This document shows positions 31,716 through 41,941 of a stretch of DNA of 64,000 nucleotides, in pieces; position 1 is the stretch's first letter, and each line of letters opens with the position of its first letter. The notes under the pieces were generated by a model. It saw nothing but the letters and a program-made list of their open reading frames with translations, searched no databases and was not told the origin of the DNA. Both the position numbers and the translations under genes were made by a program. This stretch comes from an uncultured delta proteobacterium (GTDB lineage Bacteria > Desulfobacterota > Binatia > UBA9968), in the NCBI GenBank assembly GCA_963745835.1, contig CAVUZH010000003.1:1216001-1280000 (forward strand), written 5' to 3'.

Positions 31716-32537
31716 TTAGTCCGCAACCTTGATGATTTTTGATTTCTTCAAGGCTTTCCAGTCCTGATCTTTTTCGAGCAGCTCCACTGGGAACTGTCGC
31801 TGGATCCTCTCAAAGACAATTCCTTTCTTGGCGTCGTAAGTAGCATGCACCAGCAGCGCTGATGTCCAACCACCTTCCTTTAGCCTTCTTAGTCGCAATA
31901 ATTCGGTGAATGAGCCGTTGCGCGCGAATATGGAGATATTGTATCGAATGTACTCTTCCTTGGGATCGATGGGGTACACGCCTAAGGGTTGCCACAAGTC
32001 TCGAGATAGAAAGTCGATTGTTCCGAAGGTTCGTGTGCCAACGAGCAGGCTGGGAGCGCCGGATTTCATCGCGGAGTCTACAGCATTCAAATCTGTGATG
32101 TTCAACCGAACATCAAACACCGGATATTTTCCTTTTTGCACGAGGTGCGCCATGAGGCCCTCGGGTATGGGACCCATATCTACAAAGCAGAAACTGTCCC
32201 CTCCCGTAGCCTCATTGACGGTGTCCTTGGTTACAGCCGCCAAACCCTTGATGCTTTCGACAGTCGCTTCGAAGGCCTTCTGATTTTCACTGATAGAATT
32301 CGTGATGCTCTCGGCTATCGATTTGAAAGCTTCTCTTTCCGCTTGAAGAGCTTGTGCCTGCTCCTTGTCAAGCTCGACTATGGAGGTATGCAAATTGTGT
32401 ATTTCCGCGGCAATTAACAGAAGGGAAATGCTCAACATGAGGGCTTGAGTCCAGCGTTTCTTTAGCGGCCAAAGAGCCACCAAAATTGCGACAATCGCAA
32501 GTAAGGCAATGAATGTTCCAGGCGGAGGCGAATACAC
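31716..32537 (-). CDS. Membrane-anchored hypothetical protein
   Basis: 273-aa ORF, two N-terminal TM segments, coiled coil, soluble beta-rich C-terminus. Confidence 0.7.
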   Translation of the reverse strand: MYSPPPGTFIALLAIVAILVALWPLKKRWTQALMLSISLLLIAAEIHNLHTSIVELDKEQAQALQAEREAFKSIAESITNSISENQKAFEATVESIKGLAAVTKDTVNEATGGDSFCFVDMGPIPEGLMAHLVQKGKYPVFDVRLNITDLNAVDSAMKSGAPSLLVGTRTFGTIDFLSRDLWQPLGVYPIDPKEEYIRYNISIFARNGSFTELLRLRRLKEGGWTSALLVHATYDAKKGIVFERIQRQFPVELLEKDQDWKALKKSKIIKVAD

Positions 32538-32661
32538 GGTGCTTTCTAAACCACTCTCGCCCTCGATCGCGAATCATAGGGGTATGAAAACTTGTCGGAC
32601 CGTAGTTGGACACCATAGATTGTCGATCTAAGGGTGAGATGTTTCATGCCAATCGAGGATT

Positions 32662-32706
32662 TGGCGCGCCCGGAAGGATCTGAATGCCAACTCCCAGATT
32701 CGTAGT
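32662..32706 (-). repeat. Displaced tRNA-Arg(ACG) 3' half, degenerate (att copy 1)
   Basis: Minus strand ACTACGAATCTGGGAGTTGGCATTCAGATCCTTCCGGGCGCGCCA; no 5' half; T-arm damaged. Confidence 0.8.
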
Positions 32707-33022
32707 TCATTCCAACGCAGAATCACAAAGAACGAGCTGAAAAACAAGGGGCAGATTGGTGAACCCGGGCTGGCCGTTCCGTGTCCTTCCCTCTCATCCT
32801 ACGTCATTGTAGACGACCTTATGAAGCCTATACTCAGGCTTCCAGCAAGGCCGGCAGATGGCTCGGTGATTCGCGCCGAAGGTAGAATCGTAAGACACGG
32901 CATGGGAGGTTCTGACGATCCCATTATCGATGACAGCGAATGCACCGGCGCCGCATTCAACGCGGCACTCCCGGTCAGTGCCTTGAGCTTCGCGTTCCGG
33001 GCAAACTTCGAAACCTTCTTAT

Positions 33023-33442
33023 TTAGAGAGGAGTGTGAATTTGCAGGTAATTTCCCTCTGGATCGAAAAAATAAACCGACCTCCCTGACTCGCGAACATG
33101 TTCCTCGTACATGATTTTAACGCCGGATTTCTTCAGGTCGGCGACGGCCGTTGTGAAATCCTCTTTGGGCAACTCCAATGATAAATGGGAAGTCCCATCC
33201 TCAAAGTCGCCTCTTTCGAGCGGCTTGGGGCGTTGAAAGAGAACCAACTCGGCGCCGTTTTCCATAAAGAGGCGCGCCGTCAAAGGATAATGTCCCATCG
33301 CGTCTTTATAGAGGCCCCCGGTCTCGATATCGACGTCGACTTTCGCGCATGTCATGCCGAGAACCTCGGTGTAAAACTGTTTCGCCCGGTCCAGATTATT
33401 AACTGGAAGACCGAGATGGTGAACGCCTTTTAGTTTAAACAT
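33023..33442 (-). CDS. VOC/glyoxalase-family protein
   Basis: VHHLGLPV..FYTEVLG, SHLSL and YFFDPEGN motifs. Confidence 0.88.
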   Translation of the reverse strand: MFKLKGVHHLGLPVNNLDRAKQFYTEVLGMTCAKVDVDIETGGLYKDAMGHYPLTARLFMENGAELVLFQRPKPLERGDFEDGTSHLSLELPKEDFTTAVADLKKSGVKIMYEEHVRESGRSVYFFDPEGNYLQIHTPL

Positions 33443-33533
33443 GTCTTTACCCCCTTTTTTGTATTTGCAGATTTCGCATTCATGATTGTTCCACCCCGGC
33501 GCAGCTGCATAGACCTAAACTTCTTCAAATCCA

Positions 33534-34217
33534 TCAGTGCGCCATCAACCAATTGGTGATTTCTGAGATGATGGGTTGGCGATCCACGTTACGCAAATGA
33601 TGATTGCCGCCTTCGATGGGGACGAAGCGGATGATCTCTCCGACATTCTCCGCAAGCCGCTGTCCGTGCGCAATCGGAACTGTTTCGTCCTTGGTACCAT
33701 GGATTAATAGCACCGGTTTGGTCATCCGAGCGGCGAGCGTGAGCGCATCCGCCGCTCTGTGATCTTTGTCTTGTAATGGGCCGAAGCGGGATTCCAAAAT
33801 TGATTTTGCCTCTCGGTTATCCAGAAGAATCTGCTGCAAACTGCAGAAAGGCGCCAGAACGACCGCGCCTGCAAAGCACTCCTCTGTTGCGGCAGCAATA
33901 AGCGCCATGGTTCCACCGGTGGATTGACCTGCCGCCCAAATTTTGTGGGTGACAGCATCTAACACCGAGGCACACGTTGCCATATCGCTTACCCACAGGC
34001 TTAGGTCGCTTTGGCCAGTAGAATTGCCGTAACCGCGCTGGTGAAATCGGAGCGCAAAGTATCCGTGATCCGCCAATGCCTGTAAGAGATCATCGTATTG
34101 TGAGCCCCCACCCCACCCATGACAAAAGACCAATCCTTCACCCCTGCTTTCCTCTGGCAGCCAAAGAGTGACGTTCAGGTATTCGTTACTACTTTTAATA
34201 TAAAATGTAATCGGCAC
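33534..34217 (-). CDS. Alpha/beta hydrolase
   Basis: HGWGG, nucleophile GQSTGG, HGTKDETVP, GGNHH. Confidence 0.88.
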   Translation of the reverse strand: MPITFYIKSSNEYLNVTLWLPEESRGEGLVFCHGWGGGSQYDDLLQALADHGYFALRFHQRGYGNSTGQSDLSLWVSDMATCASVLDAVTHKIWAAGQSTGGTMALIAAATEECFAGAVVLAPFCSLQQILLDNREAKSILESRFGPLQDKDHRAADALTLAARMTKPVLLIHGTKDETVPIAHGQRLAENVGEIIRFVPIEGGNHHLRNVDRQPIISEITNWLMAH

Positions 34218-34253
34218 GCTTGTCTCTACGCTAGACTACTCGCCATGAATTCA

Positions 34254-35354
34254 TCACGATATTCCGTACAACCGCGCTGCATTGTCCCACAAAATTCTGC
34301 CCTTAATCTCGTCGGAAATATCAGTCCGCCTGCGGAATTTTATAACTGAATGCGGAAAGTCACAGTCGCCATGCGGATAGTCAGATGCAAAGACAATGCG
34401 CTCAGTTCCAATGACTTCAGTGGTATGCGCTAAACCATCCTCATCCGGTTCGCATGAAACGAAACAGCTGTCACTCCTGACATAATCACTGGGCTTTCTG
34501 GGTACGCCGGCAGGATGATGCATCGACCGGGAATAGTGATCATCCATGCGCCACATCCAGTAGGGGAGCCAGGCCGCGCCGATTTCCAAAAAGACGAATT
34601 TGATTCGGGGGTATTTCTCCATGATCCCCCCGCCAATCAGGGTCATGATACCGATCATCAGATTGAATGGCATACCAACCATGTGAATATAGAAATATGG
34701 ATCCTTAAACCGTTCCTGCCCCGGGCTATCAAAGCAGCCAGTGATCCAATGAACCCCCACTGCTGCGCCAAGTTCATTGGCTTCACGGAAAAAAGGATCG
34801 AAGTACGGATCATCGAGATTACGAGATCCGACAGTTCCCGTAACCACCGTTCCCACAAGTCCGAGATCCTTGATCGCTCTTCGTAACTCTTTGGCCGCTT
34901 CCTCTGGCTTCTGAAGGGGCACAGCCGCGATACCTCTCACGCGACCATCGAAGGCTTTGGATTTTTCCGCAGTGTAGTTATTATACGCACGGCACATCGC
35001 GGCCGCGAGGTCTCCGTTATCAAGATGGGACGCCATCGCCATGATGTTTGGATAGGCGACCTGAACATCGATACCTTCCTTGTCAAGATCTTTCAGCCGA
35101 CCTTCAACGTCGTCGAGTCCCGGGGCGTTGATCGCCATATCAGGTTTTCCTTTTTTGAACAGATATCCATTCGGCGTGCCATGACCCCAATTTCCAACCG
35201 GACGCGGAAACAGCTTTCCTTCCACCATCCAGTATTGAACTTTGCCGATCGACACCACTTCCGGGCCATCTTCTTTGAAGTCCCTTTCGAGGTATCGATC
35301 AAATAAATCATCTGGCTCATTGGCGTGGGCATCTGCATCAATAACCATGGTCAT
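34254..35354 (-). CDS. Amidohydrolase family protein (paralog 1)
   Basis: IDADAH, EGIDVQV and FASDYPHGD motifs. Confidence 0.9.
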   Translation of the reverse strand: MTMVIDADAHANEPDDLFDRYLERDFKEDGPEVVSIGKVQYWMVEGKLFPRPVGNWGHGTPNGYLFKKGKPDMAINAPGLDDVEGRLKDLDKEGIDVQVAYPNIMAMASHLDNGDLAAAMCRAYNNYTAEKSKAFDGRVRGIAAVPLQKPEEAAKELRRAIKDLGLVGTVVTGTVGSRNLDDPYFDPFFREANELGAAVGVHWITGCFDSPGQERFKDPYFYIHMVGMPFNLMIGIMTLIGGGIMEKYPRIKFVFLEIGAAWLPYWMWRMDDHYSRSMHHPAGVPRKPSDYVRSDSCFVSCEPDEDGLAHTTEVIGTERIVFASDYPHGDCDFPHSVIKFRRRTDISDEIKGRILWDNAARLYGIS

Positions 35355-35454
35355 CAGTAAATCCCCTTCTTATTTGTATTTACCTTGCTGGAGCCGACAA
35401 CGTTCGCAAGACATGAGTGGTTCATTAATGATGTACTCGTCATTAAAAGCCGTG

Positions 35455-36549
35455 TCATGAAAGCCCATAAAGCCGAGCAGCATTTTTCCAGAGGATGCGC
35501 TCCTTCAATTCGTGGCTCAGATCCTTGCGGTTACGAAGCTTCATGACTGTATGTGGAAAATCGCAATCACCGTGCGGATAATCGGAAGCGAAAATTATCC
35601 TTTCTGCTCCTAAAACGTTAGCCGAATGTGCCAATCCCTCCTCATCCGGCTCACACGAAACAAAGCAGCTGTCGCTACGCACGTAATCACTGGGCGGTTT
35701 GGGGAGAGTGGACAAGCGATGTGAACTAGTCGTGTAGTGATCATCCATGCGCCACATCCAGTACGGAAGCCAGGCCGCGCCGATTTCCAAAAAGACGAAT
35801 TTGATTCGGGGGTATTTCTCCATGATCCCCCCGCCAATTAGGGTCATGATACCGATCATCAAATTGAATGGCATACCAACCATGTGAATATAGAAATACG
35901 GATCCTTAAACCGTTCCTGCCCCGGGCTGTCAAAGCAGCCAGTTATCCAATGAACCCCTACTGCTGCGCCAAGTTCATTGGCTTCACGGAAAAAAGGATC
36001 GAAGTACGGATCATCGAGATTTCTTTGCCCTACAGTACCTGTTACAACAGTTCCCACCAGCCCCAGATCTTTCACAGCGCGCCGAACTTCCTTCGCTGCC
36101 TCCACGGGATTTTGAAGTGCCACGGCACCGACCGGCCTGACGCGTCCATTAAACCCTCGAGACTGTTCGGCGACGTAGTTGTTGTAGGCGCGACACATTG
36201 CAGCCGCGAGCTCTCCGTCATCGAGATGGGAGGCCATCGCCGTAATATTTGGATAGACGACTTGAATGTCGATTCCTTCCGTATCCAAATCCTTCAGTCG
36301 CCCTGGAACATCATCGAGCGATTGGGTGGTAGTTGCCATTCCTTTTTTCGCCATGTTCGTTCCGAAGTAGCCGCTGCTGGTTCCATGGCCCCATGTCCCT
36401 ACTGGCCGTGGCAGGAATTTTCCTTCTATCATCCAGCGCATTCCGTGGGCATCAACGACCTTTGGTCCACGTTCACGAAACTCCTTCTCAAGGTACCGAT
36501 CAAATAGGTCTCTTGGCTCGTTACAGTGTCCATCTCCATCAATGACCAT
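35455..36549 (-). CDS. Amidohydrolase family protein (paralog 2)
   Basis: IDGDGH, EGIDIQV and FASDYPHGD motifs. Confidence 0.9.
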   Translation of the reverse strand: MVIDGDGHCNEPRDLFDRYLEKEFRERGPKVVDAHGMRWMIEGKFLPRPVGTWGHGTSSGYFGTNMAKKGMATTTQSLDDVPGRLKDLDTEGIDIQVVYPNITAMASHLDDGELAAAMCRAYNNYVAEQSRGFNGRVRPVGAVALQNPVEAAKEVRRAVKDLGLVGTVVTGTVGQRNLDDPYFDPFFREANELGAAVGVHWITGCFDSPGQERFKDPYFYIHMVGMPFNLMIGIMTLIGGGIMEKYPRIKFVFLEIGAAWLPYWMWRMDDHYTTSSHRLSTLPKPPSDYVRSDSCFVSCEPDEEGLAHSANVLGAERIIFASDYPHGDCDFPHTVMKLRNRKDLSHELKERILWKNAARLYGLS

Positions 36550-36561
36550 TTTGTCGTCTCC

Positions 36562-37542
36562 TTAGTTCTGCTTAAATCCCAGCTCTCTTTGCGCTTCTAG
36601 AAGCAATGTTCGATTAGCGACCTGAGAAATGGGAACTTTCTTATCCACTTTTGCCCTCGTCAACGCTTCGTCTATGGCCGCTTGTAATGCTTCATCGGTC
36701 ATGGTTCCGTCTCGGCTATATGCTGGAAAATAACTGTCGAACATCGATGTGGCCATGTCACGGTTCGTTTTTGCATAGGAGGCAAGGATCTCTATAGATT
36801 CTTTCTTGTTAGTCTGGATAAATTGCAGCGCCTCGATAGTTCCCTTGAGCATCCGCTTAACCTGATCAGGCGATTGCCTAATGATAGTATCCGACACGAT
36901 TACGGCATTCTGTGGAAGATTGGTATAGTCCTTGGCCCGCGCAATAATTTTGTAGTTTTTTTTGGCGCCCCACACGTCCAACGGCGTGCTGCCGATTACG
37001 GCGTCAACTCGACCAGTCTCTAGCGAAGCAAACCGTCCTTGATCATCTCCGCTAGGCAACAGATGTAGGTCTTTGCCCGGAGTCAAACCATGACGTCTAG
37101 CAATCACATCGGCAACCAAATGCGTCGTACTCCCCAAAGTGCTGATGCCAACCGCTTTATTTCGCAGATCCCCGACCTGCTCAATTCCAGGCCGCACCAT
37201 TAAAAAGAACACTAACTTGTCTTGAGTCATCATAAGAAGTTTGACTGGGACGCCGCGGATAGCAGCTGATACCCCTTGAGCCATGGTGATCGCATAATCT
37301 AAATCTCCCGAGCCCAAGGCATTCATCGCAATGGCAAGAGAGATTCGAACGTGCTCAGAAGCAAGACCGTATTTCGTATAAAATCCCTTATGTTCCGCAA
37401 TTACGGTGGGGAGAAATCCGGGCGAGCTCGATGATATCCCGATGCGAATTTTATCTTCACCGCGCGCATCAGTAATAGTGAAAACGGCTACAGCGACGCA
37501 CATCAAGAAGAAAACATCCAACAAAGGAATTCTTAGTTTCAT
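36562..37542 (-). CDS. NitT/TauT-family ABC substrate-binding protein
   Basis: Signal peptide, KGFYTKYGL, DLRNKAVGIS, GRVDA, PDQVKRMLKG. Confidence 0.85.
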   Translation of the reverse strand: MKLRIPLLDVFFLMCVAVAVFTITDARGEDKIRIGISSSSPGFLPTVIAEHKGFYTKYGLASEHVRISLAIAMNALGSGDLDYAITMAQGVSAAIRGVPVKLLMMTQDKLVFFLMVRPGIEQVGDLRNKAVGISTLGSTTHLVADVIARRHGLTPGKDLHLLPSGDDQGRFASLETGRVDAVIGSTPLDVWGAKKNYKIIARAKDYTNLPQNAVIVSDTIIRQSPDQVKRMLKGTIEALQFIQTNKKESIEILASYAKTNRDMATSMFDSYFPAYSRDGTMTDEALQAAIDEALTRAKVDKKVPISQVANRTLLLEAQRELGFKQN

Positions 37543-37875
37543 ATGTCCCTTCCGAGATTTCGCCTAAGTCGTTGACGTTGTAATTTCTTTTATAATTTCA
37601 ATCGCTAAGCTGCCGATTTCTTCTGCTCCTCGTGGTAATTGAAGTGCCACGGCTTCCTGTTCGTCAGCGCTTTTTAGAGTTCCAGCTGTAAAATGCTGCT
37701 CCCAATGCGGCTAGATGGCTGTCTGCCGCACCGAGAATCGGTACCGCAATGCATTAGGCCGCTAAAAAACACATTGACCAAGCGAGTAGGCGCACTTCAA
37801 TTCGCATGTTCATGAACTCCCATAAACAGACCCTGTGTTGAATAGCAGACTAGGTGGAATCATAGACTTGATAAC

Positions 37876-37905
37876 GATTTATTTGAGTGATCTGTCACTT
37901 GTCAA
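37876..37905 (-). promoter_or_regulatory. Sigma-70-type promoter with a palindromic operator in the spacer
   Basis: Minus strand TTGACA, 17-18 bp, then (A)TAAAT; imperfect dyad GTGACAGATCAC between the boxes. Confidence 0.45.
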
Positions 37906-37968
37906 GTTATAAGTATGCTCGGCTGGAGACAAAGTGATCACGTCAACTAATGAGCATTGGATCACATT

Positions 37969-37990
37969 ATTACAGCGGCATTACAGCGGC
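37969..37990. repeat. Tandem 11-bp repeat ATTACAGCGGC x2 (arm-type-like)
   Basis: Perfect direct repeat about 190 bp from att copy 2. Confidence 0.6.
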
Positions 37991-38174
37991 GGAGCACATT
38001 TCAGAATGAGAATAGGGAAGAGCGCACGCGCCGGTGGAGCCTCGATCGAGGAACGAGATTGTCACTACCGAGGTCGCAAGCAGCAATGAACGATCAAAGC
38101 GCGATTGCGTAAAACTAGAGTGGAAACAAATTGGAAAGATCAGCAGACTGCAGCGTGTAAGTCATTGAGAAAGA

Positions 38175-38220
38175 TGGCGCGCCCAGGGTGATTCGAACAC
38201 CCAACCCCCAGATTCGTAGT
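38175..38220 (-). repeat. Displaced tRNA-Arg(ACG) 3' half (att copy 2)
   Basis: Minus strand ACTACGAATCTGGGGGTTGGGTGTTCGAATCACCCTGGGCGCGCCA; begins at the anticodon loop. Confidence 0.9.
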
Positions 38221-38261
38221 TAACTATAGACCGTTTTCACATGGATTGGCAGATAAGAGAC

Positions 38262-38294
38262 GCCCGTTTCTCATAGGAGAGCGGGCTTTTCTTT
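38262..38294 (+). terminator. Rho-independent terminator-like hairpin
   Basis: GCCCGTTTCTC-ATAG-GAGAGCGGGC followed by TTTTCTTT. Confidence 0.6.
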
Positions 38295-38673
38295 CTCTGT
38301 GGTTATGGTTGGTCGGCTGTGACTCTGGAAACAAAGTGGAAACAGAATTGAAAGCTCTTTAGATCGGAACTCGCTGGCGACTCGGTGGCACAACCTACTT
38401 TAAACCACGTTGGCACACCCCCGATATGGGCATCGTCTGGATGGTACCTACTCTCACGTTGCAGAAAAACAAAAAGCGATCTCATCACATTGCCTAAGTT
38501 GATTCATTTGGGCTAGGGTTCGCGCGTCACATCGTTTGTATCCTCACAATCCCCGCCTTGCATTTTCTGTCACTTGAATAGGACCTTGCCCAGTTCGACC
38601 GGGCTCTTACATCCACCACGATTGTCTGGACAGACGAATAGACCTTTAGTAGAAAGGGCAAACCGGAGGAAGT

Positions 38674-39310
38674 ATGCCATGTGATGCCCAGTGTTGGTCT
38701 GCAATAGGTAGCCTCGGATCCGCGATTGCGGCGAGTGGTACTGTGATTGTTGCCTATGTTCAACTATCAAAACTAGCAAAACAGCTGCACCTCCAAAGTG
38801 AGCAGACGAAGTTGGTTGAGAGGCAGATCGGGGAAACGCACGAGTGGAATCGGCGGAAGGCCACTCAGTAGACCCTGCATGATATTGCAACCGGTACGGC
38901 GCAGGGGCTTCTTCGAAGAATGAGGCTCGAATTTGGCTGTGATGTGGCGGCCGAGCCATCACCGGACTACAGCAAAGCATTGGCATCTTTTACAGCGGAT
39001 AAACAGCGGAAGTTTCTAGCCACTTTGCTGACACTAATCAACATATTCGAAACGGTCGCTGTGGGCGTTCGGCATGGAATTATCGACGAGGATATAGCAT
39101 GACTACCTCGGCAAAATTATGCCTGCTTATTATTTCTTCACTCACCCATTGATCGAAGAACGACGAAAGCTCTTAAAATTTGAGCGGGGTAGCGGGAGCC
39201 TTGAATATTGCGCTGAGAAGTGGCGAATCCGGCTATTAATAGAGGAGCAAAAGAGCGAAGAGCGCCGCAAGAACAAATCACTTGTCAAACCAAAGCCGCC
39301 ACTCGAGTAA
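38674..39310 (+). pseudogene. DUF4760-like protein, in-frame TAG plus a frameshift
   Basis: N-terminal TM, HEWNRRKATQ*, LINIFETVAVGVRHGIIDEDIA, then shifted DYLGKIMPAYY..IEERR. Confidence 0.65.
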
Positions 39311-39898
39311 CCTCCGGAAGTAAAGGGTGCTGGTGGTTATAAGATTAGCTGAGTTGATGAGAGATTCGCGCGGGCGCTTTTTCTCTTCTCGCGAATAACT
39401 TCCTTCCCCTGGCATTTTTGTCTTCTCTGAAGCCGCAAAACTGAATGCCTGAGATGTCCATCAGCGGTCCACGTAATGATTTACCGATTACGGGAACTAC
39501 AGAACGCTTAAGGACAAACGGCTAGCGTGCCATGAATGCTCAACATTGATGGACACTCTGATGCGGTACAAAGGCTAAGACTCGATTCAACCACAATGCC
39601 CCTAAGCACTGACCAAATGAGAAACATTGATAACCTTATGCATGCTGGAGGGCTGAACCGTGGAGACTCTAAGGGCTTCATTATTTTTGGCGGTGTCTCG
39701 CTAGATGAGGAGGAACGCTACTGCTCCTATGAGTTAGTGTGGTGAAGCTTATGCTGGGATTTAGAAAGTGAACCGCGAAAACGAAAAAACTCTGTGCTCT
39801 GGACGAAATTGAAACTGCGGATCCATAGCGTGGTCCACCCAGCGGCTCTGCCGAGTTAAAAAGAAGTAAGCACGAAGATAAACGTCAGGAAAAGACAA

Positions 39899-41911
39899 AT
39901 GAAAGGAGCTGCTATGAAACCGAAAACCGAACTGCAACCATCAACCAAACTCCGAAGAGCAGTTGTGGGAGGTTCCCTAAATTCTTTTCCTACTGCACTG
40001 CTGGTTCCCGTACGGAAAGTTCTGGCCGCCGTGTTGCCTCGCTTTCTAAAAGACAGCATGCGAAATCCAAAAGTCCGTTCAGCCATTGTTCTGGCTGCCG
40101 ATGATGCGCTGGTGAAGCAGTATCCGGTAGCGCGACTTGTGCGGGCGGATTTGCGCAGGCGGATTTTGCGGGAACGATTGGACGAGTTGCTGGATAACTG
40201 GCTGATGCCGACCCCGCCTGCCGCTCCTCCGGCGCGTGGCGCTCGTGCTGGCGCCAGGGCGGGGCGTGCCGTTCCGCGCCCGAAGGACGACGTAGCGGCG
40301 ATGGGTGATGGGTTCGAGGGTTTCATGATTAAATTGCGCGCTTCCGGAAAAATCGCCACAGCGCGGCGCGTGGTCAAAAAAGCGCTCGCCGGTTCTTGGT
40401 CAGTAAAGGATTTCGCGCGAGGTTCGAGACAATTTGAAGTTGCCAGCAACAAAGTTTCTATGTCGGCTGCCGAGGCTTGGGAAGCGACTTACCGTCTGCG
40501 CGCACAACCCGGAGTTGGGTGGGCCGAGCCCTGTTTCACAGTTCCATTGGAAGCGCCCGCTCGGCTTCGAGCCAAGGGGCGTCGCGCATCCGGCGGCGGT
40601 GGAGGGCCTGCGCCTGCCAATCCGCAATGGAGCGTGAATATGGTCAAGACCCGCGAAGCCTGGGCTTTCTCAACGCAAACAGGAAACCCAGCGCAAGGCG
40701 CCGGCATTGTCCTCGGCCATCCCGACACCGGCTGCACCACGCACTCAGAGGTGCTTTCGCCGCGGCTGCTCAAACAATTAGGCTATGATTTTTGGGACTC
40801 CGACTCTGATCCAACCGATCCAATGGATAGTGGAGTTGGCTGCACAATTTCGGCGGACTTCCTTTGCTTCCCGGGCCACGGCACCGGCACATCGAGCGTC
40901 ATCTTCAGCGACGACAATGCGGGAGCTGCGAAATTCGTCGTTGGCATCGCGCCCGCAGCGAAGCTGATTCCGTTTCGGGTCGCACCGACCGTGGTACTTT
41001 GGAGCATGAAGCGTCTCGCCGCGGCTATCCGGCGCGCAACGGATAGTGGCTGCCACGTGATTTCCATCAGCATGGGCGGCCCTGGCGCGAACACGTTGCA
41101 TGAAGCCGTGCAATATGCCGCTGAGCGCGGTGTAATTGTATGCTGTGCCGTCGGCAATCAGTGGCCATGGGTGGTCTGGCCGGCGGTTTACGACGAGTGC
41201 ATCGCTGTAGCAGCGTGCAACATCAACGAGAAACCCTGGTCAGGCTCAGCGTCCGGTGAAGCCGTGGACATCACCGCGCCTGGTGAAAATGTTTACCGCG
41301 CTTATTTCAACAAAAAACAGAAGGCCGATGTTGGTCCGGGTTCCGGCACCTCCTTCGCCGTTGCGACGACTGCGGGCGTGGCAGCGCTCTGGCTGGCACA
41401 TCACGGCATCGATCGATTGAAGTCAAACTCGCGTGTGTCCGCGCCAAACATCCCCCCCTTGTTCTTCTCCATTCTGACGAAGTATGGCTACAACAAGCCG
41501 GCCGGTTGGAACACAAGCAGTTACGGCCCTGGCATTATCGATGCCGAAAAAATTTTGAAAGCTCCGCTCCCTACGGCGCAGCCAGCGTCCGCACGTCGTC
41601 GGGTGAAGGTACTTTCACCATCCGAAGGTAATCTGGGGGAGTTCGCCAATCTGTTTCCGGAACTGTCACCCGCGGAATTGCGCAACCGTCTGGCCAGCGC
41701 GCTCGGCGCCACACACTCAACGCTCCCGGCGCGACTACGCGAGGTCGGCGACGAACTGCTCTTTCATCTTGCGGTTAACACGGAGGAGCGCGAGCGCTTT
41801 GCCGGCTTCAGTCCGGCCGGGCGGAAGGTCGGTGCGAAAGCCAGCTTGCGCGCCAGTACGACGGCCCTTCGCGCCGCGGCATCACCCACGCTCGCAAAAT
41901 ATTTGAATTAA
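39899..41911 (+). CDS. S8 (subtilisin-family) serine peptidase A, no signal peptide
   Basis: Triad GHPDTG / PGHGTGT / SGTSFA, oxyanion CAVGN; extra N- and C-terminal helical regions (start may be 39914). Confidence 0.9.
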   Translation: MKGAAMKPKTELQPSTKLRRAVVGGSLNSFPTALLVPVRKVLAAVLPRFLKDSMRNPKVRSAIVLAADDALVKQYPVARLVRADLRRRILRERLDELLDNWLMPTPPAAPPARGARAGARAGRAVPRPKDDVAAMGDGFEGFMIKLRASGKIATARRVVKKALAGSWSVKDFARGSRQFEVASNKVSMSAAEAWEATYRLRAQPGVGWAEPCFTVPLEAPARLRAKGRRASGGGGGPAPANPQWSVNMVKTREAWAFSTQTGNPAQGAGIVLGHPDTGCTTHSEVLSPRLLKQLGYDFWDSDSDPTDPMDSGVGCTISADFLCFPGHGTGTSSVIFSDDNAGAAKFVVGIAPAAKLIPFRVAPTVVLWSMKRLAAAIRRATDSGCHVISISMGGPGANTLHEAVQYAAERGVIVCCAVGNQWPWVVWPAVYDECIAVAACNINEKPWSGSASGEAVDITAPGENVYRAYFNKKQKADVGPGSGTSFAVATTAGVAALWLAHHGIDRLKSNSRVSAPNIPPLFFSILTKYGYNKPAGWNTSSYGPGIIDAEKILKAPLPTAQPASARRRVKVLSPSEGNLGEFANLFPELSPAELRNRLASALGATHSTLPARLREVGDELLFHLAVNTEERERFAGFSPAGRKVGAKASLRASTTALRAAASPTLAKYLN

Positions 41912-41941
41912 AAATCTATCCATGCTTCAGATAAATATCTC

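Larger units (their letters stand above)
32707..38174. mobile_element. Island C: integrase-less element with a catabolic operon
   Basis: Flanked by tRNA-Arg 3' repeats; GTGGAAACAA motif at 38120 and an IHF-like site next to att copy 2. Confidence 0.65.

Noticed and set aside
32757-32773. Possible 3' end of another tRNA (minus strand CCAGCCCGGGTTCACCA)
   Set aside because: Only about 17 nt with no T-loop; too short to support
37563-37813. Small ferredoxin-like gene heading the island C operon
   Set aside because: RBS and MRIEV start are present, but the frame breaks repeatedly and Cys motifs cannot be rebuilt reliably
38869-38871. Stop-codon readthrough (pyrrolysine or recoding) in the DUF4760-like gene
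   Set aside because: The gene also has a downstream frameshift, and TAG is a normal stop elsewhere in the window
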